Origin: Phycisphaerae bacterium
GTDB lineage: Bacteria > Planctomycetota > Phycisphaerae > Phycisphaerales > SM1A02
Direction: 5' to 3'
NCBI GenBank assembly: GCA_002700845.1
Contig: PAFA01000062.1
Coordinates: 1-63,575, forward strand
DNA: 63,575 bases
The position numbers were made by a program, and so were the translations under genes. Position 1 is the stretch's first letter. Every line of letters begins with the position of its first letter. Below, piece by piece: positions 1-11,856 of this stretch. Under the pieces are notes generated by a model, which ran no database searches, was not told the origin of the DNA, and saw only the letters and a program-made list of their open reading frames with translations.

Positions 1-1
1 A

Positions 2-343
2 GGACCTGAACGTCAACGGTTGCTCGAGATGGCCGTGGCCAGCCTGATGCTGGCCGCAGGCTTCCTGCTTGAGGCGTGGCGACGGGGTGCCGACGGTTGG
101 CCATTGGCACCAGGATTGTCGACCGTTTTGTTGACCATCTCCTCCGGGTTCCTTTTGTTGGGATTTCTGTACTTCCGACAAAATGTCCGCTGGATTGCGG
201 AATCCCTTCGTGGCCCCTCGCCCCGACTTCGGTCCTTGCTTTGGGCAGAAGATGACGTCTTGCTTCGAGGCTGGGATCCGGGCGAATCAGACCGCCAAGA
301 TGGCAGGGCGACTTTGGGATCCGCGAAGGGCGGCAGGCCTTGA
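2..343 (+). CDS. membrane protein, C-terminal part (5' truncated by window edge)
   Basis: The frame of ORF 20..343 is open back to the window start. Two hydrophobic segments (AVASLMLAAGFLL; LSTVLLTISSGFLLLGFLYF). Confidence 0.5.
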   Translation, partial: GPERQRLLEMAVASLMLAAGFLLEAWRRGADGWPLAPGLSTVLLTISSGFLLLGFLYFRQNVRWIAESLRGPSPRLRSLLWAEDDVLLRGWDPGESDRQDGRATLGSAKGGRP

Positions 344-460
344 TGCCCCAAAAGGGGGGATTAACGGTGGCGCGGGAGTTGCATTTCCTTCCGGACCCGA
401 TGCTGTGCAGATGCAGCCCGGTTCGAAAGAACGATCACGCCCCTCAGGAGACGATCCACC

Positions 461-2176
<1,716 letters not shown>

Positions 2177-2264
2177 GCCAACACTCTTCGCACTCAACCC
2201 TCAACCCATTCACCAATACCTGAAGAAATAAGTACAAAAAGACATCACTCTGGAGAACAAGAAC

Positions 2265-2555
2265 ATGTCAGTTCAACCCCTCGAAGATCGAATTGTGATC
2301 AAGCCAGCTGACGCTGAAACGCGAACGGATTCCGGCATTTACCTTCCCGAAACCGCTAAGGAAAAGCCCATGCAGGGCAAAGTTGTTTCCGTCGGGCCTG
2401 GCCGCCGTTTGGATAACGGTGAGCGTGTGAAGCCTGCCGTCAAGAAGGGCGACATTGTGGTGTACGGCAAATACGCTGGCACCGAGATTGAAATTAAGAA
2501 CACCACCCACATCATCGTTCGTGAAAGCGAACTGCTCGGTGTCATTGAGGGCTGA
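2265..2555 (+). CDS. groS: co-chaperonin GroES
   Basis: PLEDRIVIK, SGIYLPETAKEKP, VGPG, KYAGTE; 96 aa. Confidence 0.98.
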   Translation: MSVQPLEDRIVIKPADAETRTDSGIYLPETAKEKPMQGKVVSVGPGRRLDNGERVKPAVKKGDIVVYGKYAGTEIEIKNTTHIIVRESELLGVIEG

Positions 2556-2564
2556 GGAGTTTCC

Positions 2565-4178
2565 ATGTCTGCTAAGCAAATGAAATTTGACGCCGATGCG
2601 CGTCTTTCCCTGCTCTCCGGTGCTGAGCAAATTGCTCGAGCCGTCGCGGTCACCATGGGGCCAACTGGCCGACACGTGGTACTGCAGAAGTCTTTCGGAG
2701 GTCCATCGGTGACCAAAGATGGCGTCAGCGTGGCACGTGAAGTTGAGCTCTCACACCCATTTGAAAACATGGGTGCCAAAATGGTGCACCAAGTTGCCAA
2801 GAAGACCGCTGATGTTGCGGGTGATGGCACTACGGCTGCAACCGTTCTGGCCCACGCAATCTTGGAGCAAGGCCTCAAGCAAGTGGCCACTGGTGCGAAT
2901 GCCGTTGCTATCCAGCGTGGTGTTGTTGCGGCGGCTGAAGTGGCATGTGGTGCCGTTGATGATCTTTCTAAGCCATGCAAGAAGATTGACGAACTGCGAA
3001 AAGTAGCCACCGTTTCAGCCAATCATGACCGTGAGCTTGGAGGCATGATTGCACAAGCCATCGACACCGTTGGTGCTGACGGTGTGGTCGAAGTTGAAGA
3101 GGGCAAGAGCCTTGAAACAACTTTGGACTTTGTCGAGGGAATGAGCTTCGACAAGGGTTGGCTCTCCCCGTATTTCATGACTGATCCCAAGGCCGCGGAA
3201 TGTGTGCTGGAAGATGTTCGGGTTCTGGTGCACGAGAAGAAAATCTCAAACCTTGCCGATCTGCTTCCGCTGCTCAACAAGATTGCCACGGATGGAAAGC
3301 CGATTCTCATTATTGCTGAGGAAGTTGAAAACGAGGCTCTGGCAGCCTTGGTGGTCAATCAGCTCCGCGGCGTTCTGAAAGTTGCGGCGGTCAAGGCTCC
3401 CGGCTTTGGCGATCGCCGTAAGGCCATGCTCGGTGATATTGCCGTGATGACCGGCGCGACATTCTTTTCCGAAGACCTTGGGCGCAGCCTTGAAGAAGTT
3501 GAACTCAAAGAACTTGGCACTGCCAAAAAGATTGTGGTGAACAAGGACAGCACTGTGATCGTGGAAGGTGCCGGCAAAAAGTCGGATGTGAAGGCTCGAG
3601 TCGGGCAAATTGAAGCCCAGATCGAGCAGTCCAGTAGCGACTACGACCGTGAAAAGTTGCAGGAGCGATTGGCCAAGTTGACGGGCGGCGTTGCGGTCCT
3701 TTCCGTCGGTGGACACACTGAAGTCGAAATGAAAGAGCGTAAGGATCGCGTTGACGACGCCATTCATGCGACTCGCGCCGCGGCAAAAGAAGGCTTCGTC
3801 CCCGGTGGCGGGGTTGCCGCTCTCCGAGCGATTACCTCTGTCTCAGAAGGCCGCCGAAAAGGCAAGGGTGATGAGAAGCTTGGCTACGACATCATGGCTG
3901 AGGCGTTGCGTGCTCCGGCCCGACAGATTTCAGAAAACGCTGGCCACGACGGCGACGTTGTGGTGGAAAAGGTCCTCGATAGCAAAGGTGCCCATGGCTT
4001 CAACGCCGGATCTGGTACTTACGAAGACCTGGTCAAGGCTGGAATTCTTGATCCGGCACTGGTCGTTAAGACCTGCATCCGGCACGCCGCCTCGGTGGCT
4101 GGTCTCATGCTGACCACTGATGTGCTGTTGACTGACCTTGAGGAAAAGGCTGAGCCCGCTACAGGCGCAACTGCCTAA
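2565..4178 (+). CDS. groL: chaperonin GroEL (paralog 2, no GGM tail)
   Basis: [44 protein letters not shown]; GAGGAG RBS. Confidence 0.97.
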   Translation: MSAKQMKFDADARLSLLSGAEQIARAVAVTMGPTGRHVVLQKSFGGPSVTKDGVSVAREVELSHPFENMGAKMVHQVAKKTADVAGDGTTAATVLAHAILEQGLKQVATGANAVAIQRGVVAAAEVACGAVDDLSKPCKKIDELRKVATVSANHDRELGGMIAQAIDTVGADGVVEVEEGKSLETTLDFVEGMSFDKGWLSPYFMTDPKAAECVLEDVRVLVHEKKISNLADLLPLLNKIATDGKPILIIAEEVENEALAALVVNQLRGVLKVAAVKAPGFGDRRKAMLGDIAVMTGATFFSEDLGRSLEEVELKELGTAKKIVVNKDSTVIVEGAGKKSDVKARVGQIEAQIEQSSSDYDREKLQERLAKLTGGVAVLSVGGHTEVEMKERKDRVDDAIHATRAAAKEGFVPGGGVAALRAITSVSEGRRKGKGDEKLGYDIMAEALRAPARQISENAGHDGDVVVEKVLDSKGAHGFNAGSGTYEDLVKAGILDPALVVKTCIRHAASVAGLMLTTDVLLTDLEEKAEPATGATA

Positions 4179-4190
4179 CTGTCCCCCCAA

Positions 4191-4233
4191 GATCGAAGGT
4201 CGAGTGAGCCTTAGGCTTACTCGGCCTTTGATC
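4191..4233 (+). terminator. 20-bp stem-loop between groEL2 and dnaJ (terminator or mRNA-stabilising hairpin)
   Basis: GATCGAAGGTCGAGTGAGCC-TTA-GGCTTACTCGGCCTTTGATC pairs fully with three G-U pairs on the + strand; only a weak U tail follows. Confidence 0.6.
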
Positions 4234-4252
4234 GTTCTTACAGGAACCAGCC

Positions 4253-5392
4253 GTGGCCGCAAAACGCGACTATTACGAAGTGCTAGGTGTTGATCGATCT
4301 GCTTCCGCAGACGACATCAAGCGTTCGTACCGCCGCCTGGCCATGAAGTACCACCCAGACCGCAATCCGGGTGACGCGGAGGCGGAAGCATCTTTTAAGG
4401 AAGCTTCAGAAGCCTACGAGGTGCTTTCTGATGACGACCGTCGGCAGCGCTATGACCAGTTTGGTCATGAGGGGTTGCGCGGTACACCTGGACACGACTT
4501 TGGCTCAATGAATTCTGAGGACATCTTCTCGATGTTCCAGGACATCTTTGGCGGGGGCGGTGGTGGACGCCGCGAACGCAATGCCAAGCGCGGATTCGAT
4601 CTTGAGACCGAAATTGAGTTAACGCTCTCCGAAATTCTGGAAGGCGCTGAACGTACAGTTGAGTACCAGAGACTGGAAGTTTGTGACACCTGTGAGGGAT
4701 CGGGTGCTGCGCCAGGAACAACCCCCGAGGTCTGTTCGGTATGCGGCGGGCAAGGTAAAGTCATGCAGCAGGGCCTTGGTGGCATGTTCCGCATGGTTGC
4801 GGCTTGCCCTCAATGTCGCGGACGAGGGAAGATCATCACGAAGAAGTGCGCGGATTGCCGCGGCGGCGGACGAAAGCCCGTGGCAAAGAAGGTGGAAGTC
4901 AAGATTCCCGCTGGGGTCCGTGAAGGTCAGGTGGTTCGCATTTCTGGGGAGGGGGAACCGCCCCCCCCCGAAGTTTCTCCCGATGGCACTGGAACCCGCG
5001 GCGATCTTCACGTGGTTATCCGCGAAGTCGAGCACGATCGATTTGAGCGTGATGGAGATGATCTGCTGCTGGCCCATCCCATTGGATTTGGTTTGGCTGC
5101 ACTGGGTGGATCGATCGAGGTTGAAGGACTTGATGGGGACGTGGACATTGAGATACCCCCTGGAAGTCAACATGGCGATGTCATTCGACTGCCAGGTCGG
5201 GGATTGGTCCCATTGGGTAAGCCAGGCCGACGAGGTGATTTGGTATTGATCCTGCAGCTTGTGGTTCCAGAGCGTTTGGACCAAGACCAGCGGGCATTAC
5301 TCGAGGAATGGATCCGTATTGAGCCGGATCCATTGGACATCACAGGTGGCGGTTCTTGGTGGGATCGCTTGCGACAAAGATTGGGTCGTTGA
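4253..5392 (+). CDS. dnaJ: chaperone DnaJ
   Basis: J-domain ([13 protein letters not shown]), G/F region, four CxxCxGxG repeats; GTG start. Confidence 0.97.
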   Translation: MAAKRDYYEVLGVDRSASADDIKRSYRRLAMKYHPDRNPGDAEAEASFKEASEAYEVLSDDDRRQRYDQFGHEGLRGTPGHDFGSMNSEDIFSMFQDIFGGGGGGRRERNAKRGFDLETEIELTLSEILEGAERTVEYQRLEVCDTCEGSGAAPGTTPEVCSVCGGQGKVMQQGLGGMFRMVAACPQCRGRGKIITKKCADCRGGGRKPVAKKVEVKIPAGVREGQVVRISGEGEPPPPEVSPDGTGTRGDLHVVIREVEHDRFERDGDDLLLAHPIGFGLAALGGSIEVEGLDGDVDIEIPPGSQHGDVIRLPGRGLVPLGKPGRRGDLVLILQLVVPERLDQDQRALLEEWIRIEPDPLDITGGGSWWDRLRQRLGR

Positions 5393-5394
5393 TC

Positions 5395-5964
5395 ATGAGT
5401 GAAGAAGAATCAGTTCCAGAATCCGAAGCAGGATCTCCAGAGGTCAAGGTTGAGCATGACGCAGCAGAGTCACCCGAAGACGCTGTTGTCCCAACTCAGG
5501 AAGAGTCCTTGCGTGCCGAGCTTGCCGAAGCCATCGAGGCGCGTCAGCGCGCGCTGGCTGACTTTCAGAATTTTCAGCGTCGAAGTCTTGAGAATGAAAA
5601 AAGGGCCACCGCTTCGGGGCGGATGGATGTCATTCGTCCCCTGCTCGGTGTGCTGGATCAAGTTGATCTGGCGCTCTCCCAAGATCCCGAAGCCGTCACG
5701 GTGGAAGCGATGCTTTCCGGCGTGCAGCTGGTTCGTGATGAAATGTGCCGTGTCCTGGATGGTCAGGGTGTGGTGGCGATTGAACCTGAGCCCGGCGCAT
5801 CGTTTGACGCCCATCACCATCAGGCCGTCATGCATGAGGCCAGCGATGATGTTGACGAGGGCTGTGTGATTCGTCGACTTCAAATTGGCTGGGTCCGTGG
5901 TGACATGGTGTTGCGGCCAGCAATGGTGGCCATCTCATCTGGTCCGGCTCCGGTGGGCAACTGA
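5395..5964 (+). CDS. grpE: nucleotide exchange factor GrpE
   Basis: ADFQNFQRR, FDAHHHQAV, LRPAMVAI; ATG 2 nt after the dnaJ stop chosen as start. Confidence 0.93.
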   Translation: MSEEESVPESEAGSPEVKVEHDAAESPEDAVVPTQEESLRAELAEAIEARQRALADFQNFQRRSLENEKRATASGRMDVIRPLLGVLDQVDLALSQDPEAVTVEAMLSGVQLVRDEMCRVLDGQGVVAIEPEPGASFDAHHHQAVMHEASDDVDEGCVIRRLQIGWVRGDMVLRPAMVAISSGPAPVGN

Positions 5965-6272
5965 TGCCAACCTACGAATATGAGTGTCCCGACTGCGGCC
6001 ACACCTTTGAACTTTTTCAGTCCATGACGGCGAAAGTGAAACGCACTTGCCCAGAATGCAAATCACGCAAGCTCAAGCGATTGATTGGTACTGGTGGGGC
6101 AGTCCTCTTCAAGGGTGGAGGGTTTTACGAGACCGACTACCGCAGTGCGGGGTACAAAAAAGACGCGAAAGCAGCCGAAGCCAAGCCAAAAAAGAGCACT
6201 GAAGCCAAGAGTTCACCCAGCACTTCTGCCAAAAAGTCTCCGGGAAGTTCCAAGACTTCCAAGTCGGACTAG
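5964..6272 (+). CDS. FmdB-family zinc-ribbon protein with K/S/A-rich tail
   Basis: MPTYEYECPDC...CPEC, FKGGGFYETDYR; TGATG overlap with grpE. Confidence 0.9.
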   Translation: MPTYEYECPDCGHTFELFQSMTAKVKRTCPECKSRKLKRLIGTGGAVLFKGGGFYETDYRSAGYKKDAKAAEAKPKKSTEAKSSPSTSAKKSPGSSKTSKSD

Positions 6273-6283
6273 GCTCCACATCT

Positions 6284-8623
6284 GTGCCGCGCCGCTTTCG
6301 TCAACGTATTTTGGACCATCTGTCTCACCCCCAGGCTCGTCCCGAGCCCTTTGAGGTGTTGGTCGATCAATTATCCATTCCAGAAGATGAGCTGAATCTA
6401 TTTGAGCAGTGCCTTGACCTCATGATTGAGGAGGAGACTTTGGTTGTTGTTCGGGGCTGCCTGTCATTGCCTTCGATGCCAGAGCGGATTCAAGGACGAT
6501 TCAAGCGTCACCCCCGGGGTTTTGGGTTTATTCGGCCTTCGACTCCTTTTGCCGAAGGTGATCTGTACATCGCTGCCGAACATACTGGTGGGGCTATGAC
6601 TGGCGATGTGGTCCACGCTGAGGTCAGGTTTGGCCGTCGTGGCGATCGAAGTTCGGGTCGAGTGGTTGAGGTGGTTCATCGTCGTCGGACACGATTTACT
6701 GGAACCATGAAGAAGCATGGTTCAGGCTGGATTGCCGAGCCTGATGGTCGAGAGCTCGGAGAATTGGTGGTGGTCCGCGATGCGGACGCCAAGCACGTCA
6801 ACGCTGGTGACAAGGTGGTGCTTGAAATTGTTCATTTCCCAGAGGGTGCTTATCAGGCCGAAGGTGTCGTCGTCGAAGTTCTTGGGGCAGCCGGCGAGCC
6901 TGATGTTGAGACCGCTGCGGTCATTGCTGCGCATGGTCTTCGTACTGAATTTGAAGAGGCGGCGCTTGATGCCGCGGGAAATATGGCCCGTGACTTTGAG
7001 GCAACCTTGCCGGAAGAGCGGTTAACCCGTGAAGATCTCACCGATCGGATGGTCTTTACGATTGACCCTGACGATTCAAAGGATTTTGATGATGCCATCT
7101 CTATTCGGTGGGATCCAAGGGCCAAAGAGTGGGAACTTGGCATTCACATCGCCGACGTCGCGTTCTTTGTGCCGGCGGATTCGCCTCTAGATCAAGAAGC
7201 TCGAGCTCGGGGCAACAGTGCGTATCTTCCTCGATTGGTTTTGCCGATGTTGCCTGAAGTTTTGAGCAACGGAGTTTGCTCGCTGCAACCCGGTGTGGAA
7301 CGCATGGCCAAGAGTGTATTTGTCACCCTTGATGCCAAAGGAAAAGTCATTCGTGAACGCTTTGCGGCCACCGTGATTCGGTCTGTGAAGCGATTTACCT
7401 ACCGCGAAGCGCAAGCGGTCATTGAGGGCGATTTGGAATTGGCAAAGGGCTTTGCTCGAACCGCCCCTGAGTACTCCGAGGAATTGGTCGAGGCCCTTCG
7501 GTTGTCCGATCGCCTGGCCAAGAGTATTCAGAGCCGGCGTCGCCGGGATGGCATGATCCATTTGGACCTTCCAGATGTCGATTTGGTATTCGCTGACGAT
7601 GGTCGTGTGGTGGATGCCGTCCCTGAAGATGATGCCTTTACTCACACACTGATCGAAATGTTCATGGTGGAAGCCAATGAAGCGCTGGGAAGACTGTTTG
7701 CAAAACTCGAGGTACCCGTCTTAAGGCGAACGCACCCAGACCCTCGTTGGGGCGACATCCAACAACTGCGTATCGCAGCGAGGAACGCAGGCCTGGATAT
7801 TCCTGAAGAGCCAACCCGACATGATCTGCAACGATTGCTCGACGCGGTCAAAGACAAACCCCAATCGCGCGCGGTCTCGTATGCCGTTCTTCGAACCCTA
7901 ACCAAGGCCACATATTCACCGGCCATGGTTGGCCACTATGCGCTGGCGAGTCGCCATTACGTTCATTTTACAAGTCCAATTCGACGGTACCCCGACCTAA
8001 CGGCTCACCGGGCGCTTGATGCCTTTCTTGAGCGGACTGACAACGGAAAGGACGTTCCCAAGAAATTCGGCGGCTTGGGGCGCAAGGTTAAAGGGGACGA
8101 CCGGTGTCCGAAACGAGAAGCCCTTGAGGATCTTGGTGAACACTGTTCTGAAACCGAGGACAACGCAGAGGCTGCCGAGCGTTCTTTGCGACAGTTCCTG
8201 ATTCTGCAACTCTTGTCTGAAAAGTTCATGGGCGCAGAACTCGAAGCAAACGTCGCTGGCGTGTCAACGACAGCCGTTGCCGTCTCGATCCAACCGTTCT
8301 TGGTCGATGGTTGGATAGGCCTTGACAATCTGCCCGAGCCTGAAGGTCAATCTGATCGGTGGACGTCTGATCCATCGTCTGGACGAGCGTGGGCCCCACG
8401 CTCTGGCTGGATGCTGGCCGTTGGTGATCCGGTACGGGTTCGAGTGGAAGCCGTTGATTTGTCCTCGCGTACGTTGACGGTTTCCATAATCTCAACCCCG
8501 CGAACTGGTGAACCTCCCAAGCCTAGGGGCGGCTTTGGTGGGAACCGCCATGGCGGTCATTCCCGATATGGGAACTCAGGTCACGGTGGAGATCGTCGAC
8601 CGAAGTCTCGTCGGCGTCGTTGA
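6284..8623 (+). CDS. rnr: ribonuclease R (RNB family)
   Basis: HPRGFGF cold-shock domain, TIDPDDSKDFDDAI catalytic motif, HFTSPIRRYPD, S1 domain, basic tail. Confidence 0.93.
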   Translation: MPRRFRQRILDHLSHPQARPEPFEVLVDQLSIPEDELNLFEQCLDLMIEEETLVVVRGCLSLPSMPERIQGRFKRHPRGFGFIRPSTPFAEGDLYIAAEHTGGAMTGDVVHAEVRFGRRGDRSSGRVVEVVHRRRTRFTGTMKKHGSGWIAEPDGRELGELVVVRDADAKHVNAGDKVVLEIVHFPEGAYQAEGVVVEVLGAAGEPDVETAAVIAAHGLRTEFEEAALDAAGNMARDFEATLPEERLTREDLTDRMVFTIDPDDSKDFDDAISIRWDPRAKEWELGIHIADVAFFVPADSPLDQEARARGNSAYLPRLVLPMLPEVLSNGVCSLQPGVERMAKSVFVTLDAKGKVIRERFAATVIRSVKRFTYREAQAVIEGDLELAKGFARTAPEYSEELVEALRLSDRLAKSIQSRRRRDGMIHLDLPDVDLVFADDGRVVDAVPEDDAFTHTLIEMFMVEANEALGRLFAKLEVPVLRRTHPDPRWGDIQQLRIAARNAGLDIPEEPTRHDLQRLLDAVKDKPQSRAVSYAVLRTLTKATYSPAMVGHYALASRHYVHFTSPIRRYPDLTAHRALDAFLERTDNGKDVPKKFGGLGRKVKGDDRCPKREALEDLGEHCSETEDNAEAAERSLRQFLILQLLSEKFMGAELEANVAGVSTTAVAVSIQPFLVDGWIGLDNLPEPEGQSDRWTSDPSSGRAWAPRSGWMLAVGDPVRVRVEAVDLSSRTLTVSIISTPRTGEPPKPRGGFGGNRHGGHSRYGNSGHGGDRRPKSRRRR

Positions 8624-8640
8624 GGCGTACACTCGGCGAT

Positions 8641-10635
8641 ATGAGTGAAGACGCCCGAATCGAATCTGTACTCCATGAAGATCGACTGTTCCCTCCGCCT
8701 CAGGGTATTGCGGAGCGGCTTGGTGGGGCTCTGATTGGTGACCTCGATCAATGGCGTGAGGAACACGAACGGGCGTTGTCTGACCCGGATGAATATTGGG
8801 GGTCGGTGGCCTCTAAATTTTGGTGGGCCAAGAGTTGGGACAGTGTGCTCCGCGGAACGATGCCTGATACGGCCTGGTTCGATGGTGGACAAACCAATGT
8901 GTGCTTTAATTGTGTCGATCGCCATGTTGTTGCGGGTCATGGCGATCAAGTCGGTTTGGTGTGGGAAGGTGAGCCGACAGATGACGGCACCCCTGAAATT
9001 CGAAGGCTAACTTGGTCCATGCTCCAAGAAGAGATTTCTCGCACGGCCAACGCGTTGCGGGATCTTGGAGTTCAGTCGGGGGATGTGGTCACGATCTACA
9101 TGGGAATGGTTCCGGAGCTGGCAATCACAATGCTGGCTTGCGCCCGCATTGGGGCTGTTCACTCTGTGATCTTTGGCGGCTTCAGTGCATCAGCAATCGC
9201 AGATCGCGTGCAAGATGCGCAAAGTAAAATTGTTGTCACTTGTGATGGCTCGTGGCGGCGCGGATCAGTTGTGCCATTGAAAGCCAATGTGGACGAAGCC
9301 CTCGCCAGCATTGATCTGGTGAAGCACGTCTTGGTGTTGAAGCGATGCAAAAACGATCTTGAATGGCACGGCGGCCGTGACGTTTGGTGGCACGACGTGG
9401 TTGACAGCGCATCCTCTGAATGTCCGTGCGTTCCGATGGATGCTGAGGCACCGTTGTTTTTGTTGTACACGTCTGGATCCACCGGTAAGCCCAAAGGTAT
9501 CCTGCATACCACTGCGGGCTACATGGTTTGGACCGCTCATACGGCGAAGAACACGTTCAATCTCCGTGCAGATTCTGACCAAATGTATTGGTGTACGGCT
9601 GACTGCGGTTGGATCACCGGCCATTCCTACATCGTGTACGGCATTATGCCCAATCGGGTGCCAACATTGATGTATGAAGGCGCGCCCAATGCCCCAGCCG
9701 AGGACCGCTTTTGGGATATTTGTGCCCGGCACAAAGTGACACATTTCTACACCGCTCCAACGGCAATCCGCGCATTCATGAAATGGGGGGATGAGCACCC
9801 AAGTCGCCACGATTTGTCCTCGCTTCAAGTTCTCGGGACCGTTGGCGAACCCATCAACCCCGAAGCGTGGATGTGGTACTACCGGGTCATCGGACATGAG
9901 CGTTGCCCCATTGTTGACACGTGGTGGCAAACTGAAACTGGCGGGCACATGATCACCCCGCTTCCGTGCGCGACCCCCACCGTGCCTGGCTCATGCACAC
10001 TCCCTGCAATTGGTGTTGATGCTGCGATTGTTGACCAAGATGGTCAAGAAGTGCCACATGGGACGGGGGGCCTGCTTGCAATCAGAAAGCCGTGGCCGGG
10101 GATGCTTCGAGGGATCTACGGTGATAGGGACCGATTTATGGACACCTATTGGGCACGCCTTCCAGGCCTGTATTTTGCCGGTGACGGCGCTCGTCGTGAC
10201 GAGCGTGGGTATTTTTGGATTATGGGTCGAGTTGACGATGTGATCAACGTCTCAGGACACCGTATGGGGACTATGGAAGTGGAGAGCGCTCTGGTTTCGC
10301 ATCCCTCGGTTGTCGAAGCAGCGGTTGTCGGCGTGCCCCATGAAATCAAGGGGACGGGTATCGCGGCATTTTGCACATTGATTCCAGAACAGCGTCCGAA
10401 AACTCCGGAAGATCAAGAGGCTCTGATGGCAGAACTTCGTGCTCATGTGGGACGAGAAATCGGTGCCATTGCAAAACCTGACCTGGTCCGGTTTACCGAT
10501 GCACTGCCCAAGACACGTAGTGGCAAGATCATGCGTCGCCTCCTTCGCGATGTTGCTGCAGGTGTTGAATCCACGCAAGACATGACCACTCTAGAAGATC
10601 CCAAGGTCCTCTCTCAACTGCGGGGTGAGGTGTAG
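8641..10635 (+). CDS. acs: acetyl-CoA synthetase (AMP-forming)
   Basis: YTSGSTGKPKG, VGEPIN, DTWWQTETGG, LPKTRSGKIMRR. Confidence 0.97.
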   Translation: MSEDARIESVLHEDRLFPPPQGIAERLGGALIGDLDQWREEHERALSDPDEYWGSVASKFWWAKSWDSVLRGTMPDTAWFDGGQTNVCFNCVDRHVVAGHGDQVGLVWEGEPTDDGTPEIRRLTWSMLQEEISRTANALRDLGVQSGDVVTIYMGMVPELAITMLACARIGAVHSVIFGGFSASAIADRVQDAQSKIVVTCDGSWRRGSVVPLKANVDEALASIDLVKHVLVLKRCKNDLEWHGGRDVWWHDVVDSASSECPCVPMDAEAPLFLLYTSGSTGKPKGILHTTAGYMVWTAHTAKNTFNLRADSDQMYWCTADCGWITGHSYIVYGIMPNRVPTLMYEGAPNAPAEDRFWDICARHKVTHFYTAPTAIRAFMKWGDEHPSRHDLSSLQVLGTVGEPINPEAWMWYYRVIGHERCPIVDTWWQTETGGHMITPLPCATPTVPGSCTLPAIGVDAAIVDQDGQEVPHGTGGLLAIRKPWPGMLRGIYGDRDRFMDTYWARLPGLYFAGDGARRDERGYFWIMGRVDDVINVSGHRMGTMEVESALVSHPSVVEAAVVGVPHEIKGTGIAAFCTLIPEQRPKTPEDQEALMAELRAHVGREIGAIAKPDLVRFTDALPKTRSGKIMRRLLRDVAAGVESTQDMTTLEDPKVLSQLRGEV

Positions 10636-10637
10636 GA

Positions 10638-11825
10638 GTGCCAGACTTCGTTTATGTCGCCCGCAACACCTCGGGGCAGAAGCAGGAGGGCGTTGTTTCT
10701 GCTCCCGATCACAGTGCCGCGCTCAGCGAACTTGGCGATCGAGGATTGGTTCCCATTCAGGTGCGAGAACGCACAAGAAGGCGCAGTCGAGGTCGGGTTG
10801 GGACTGCTGCTTTGGCTCGCTTTTATCGACAACTGGCGGACCTGCTTCGAAGCGGTGTCCCCATGCTTCGCGCGCTTCGTCTTTTGGCAAAGCAATCCTC
10901 GAACCCAAGGTTGGCCGCGGCCGCGGAGGACGTTACGCAGAAAGTGACCGAGGGGGCGGGGCTCGCGGAGTCATTTGCTCGCCATGATCAAATTTTCACT
11001 GATGTCCAGTGCGCCATGGTTCGGGCCGGCGAGCAAGGCAATTTTCTTGAGGACGTTTTGGAACGCATCGCGGACAACCTTGAGCATGCTTCGAGACTGC
11101 GTTCGCAGGTCGTTGGGGCGTTGGTGTACCCCATTATTTTGCTTTTGGTCGGTCTGGGTGTGGTGGTGGTTGCCCTAACGGTGCTCGTGCCGAAATTTGA
11201 AGGCTTCCTGGCCAACGGGGATGCATTGCCGGGATCCACCAAGCTTCTGTTGGCCACCAGCGCGCTGTTACGTGCAGATTGGCCACTGATTGTGGTCGTT
11301 TTGATTGGCTTTATCGCCACTGTGTTTGTGTTTCGCCATCACCCGGTCCTTCGTCGTGTCCGAACCGATTGGCCCTTGCGGATCCCGTTGGCCTCTGGTG
11401 TCATTCGGGCTGCGGTCACAGCAAGATTCGCCCGGGCATTTGGCACCCTGCTCGACAACGGGATTGGTTTGCCACAAGCACTTGCGGTCAGCCGGGATGC
11501 GGCTGGGCACCAGCATTTGTCGGTCGCTGTAGGAGAGGCTCTTGATCGGGTCAAAGAGGGTGGTTCATTGGTCCCTCCTTTGGCTGATTCAGGATTCCTT
11601 GACCCGGACACCCTTGAGATCCTCACGGTGGCAGAAGAGTCCAATACCCTGGCCCCAGCACTTGGTCGCCTTGCCGTAGGCCTGGAACGACGGGTTGAGG
11701 ACCGGCTGACATTATTAATGAGATTGGTCGAGCCGATCTTGCTTCTTGCTATGGGTGGCGTTGTGTTCTTTATTTTTCTCTCGTTGGTTCTTCCAATGCT
11801 CAAAATGAACTCCACAGTCACTTGA
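10638..11825 (+). CDS. type II secretion system F-family inner-membrane platform protein (GspF/PilC)
   Basis: FYRQLADLLRSGVP, MVRAGEQGN, ALVYP, LVEP...LVLPM; duplicated T2SSF domain with three TM helices. Confidence 0.92.
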   Translation: MPDFVYVARNTSGQKQEGVVSAPDHSAALSELGDRGLVPIQVRERTRRRSRGRVGTAALARFYRQLADLLRSGVPMLRALRLLAKQSSNPRLAAAAEDVTQKVTEGAGLAESFARHDQIFTDVQCAMVRAGEQGNFLEDVLERIADNLEHASRLRSQVVGALVYPIILLLVGLGVVVVALTVLVPKFEGFLANGDALPGSTKLLLATSALLRADWPLIVVVLIGFIATVFVFRHHPVLRRVRTDWPLRIPLASGVIRAAVTARFARAFGTLLDNGIGLPQALAVSRDAAGHQHLSVAVGEALDRVKEGGSLVPPLADSGFLDPDTLEILTVAEESNTLAPALGRLAVGLERRVEDRLTLLMRLVEPILLLAMGGVVFFIFLSLVLPMLKMNSTVT

Positions 11826-11856
11826 GATCAGTATGCTCTTTACTTAGGAGAAAACC

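Noticed and set aside
344-460. CIRCE (TTAGCACTC-N9-GAGTGCTAA) expected upstream of groEL
   Set aside because: No such inverted repeat here; only isolated half-like matches near 2187 and 28959 without partners.
4961-4969. C9 homopolymer in dnaJ as a phase-variation tract
   Set aside because: It is in frame, encodes a Pro run in an intact housekeeping gene, and nothing indicates slippage.
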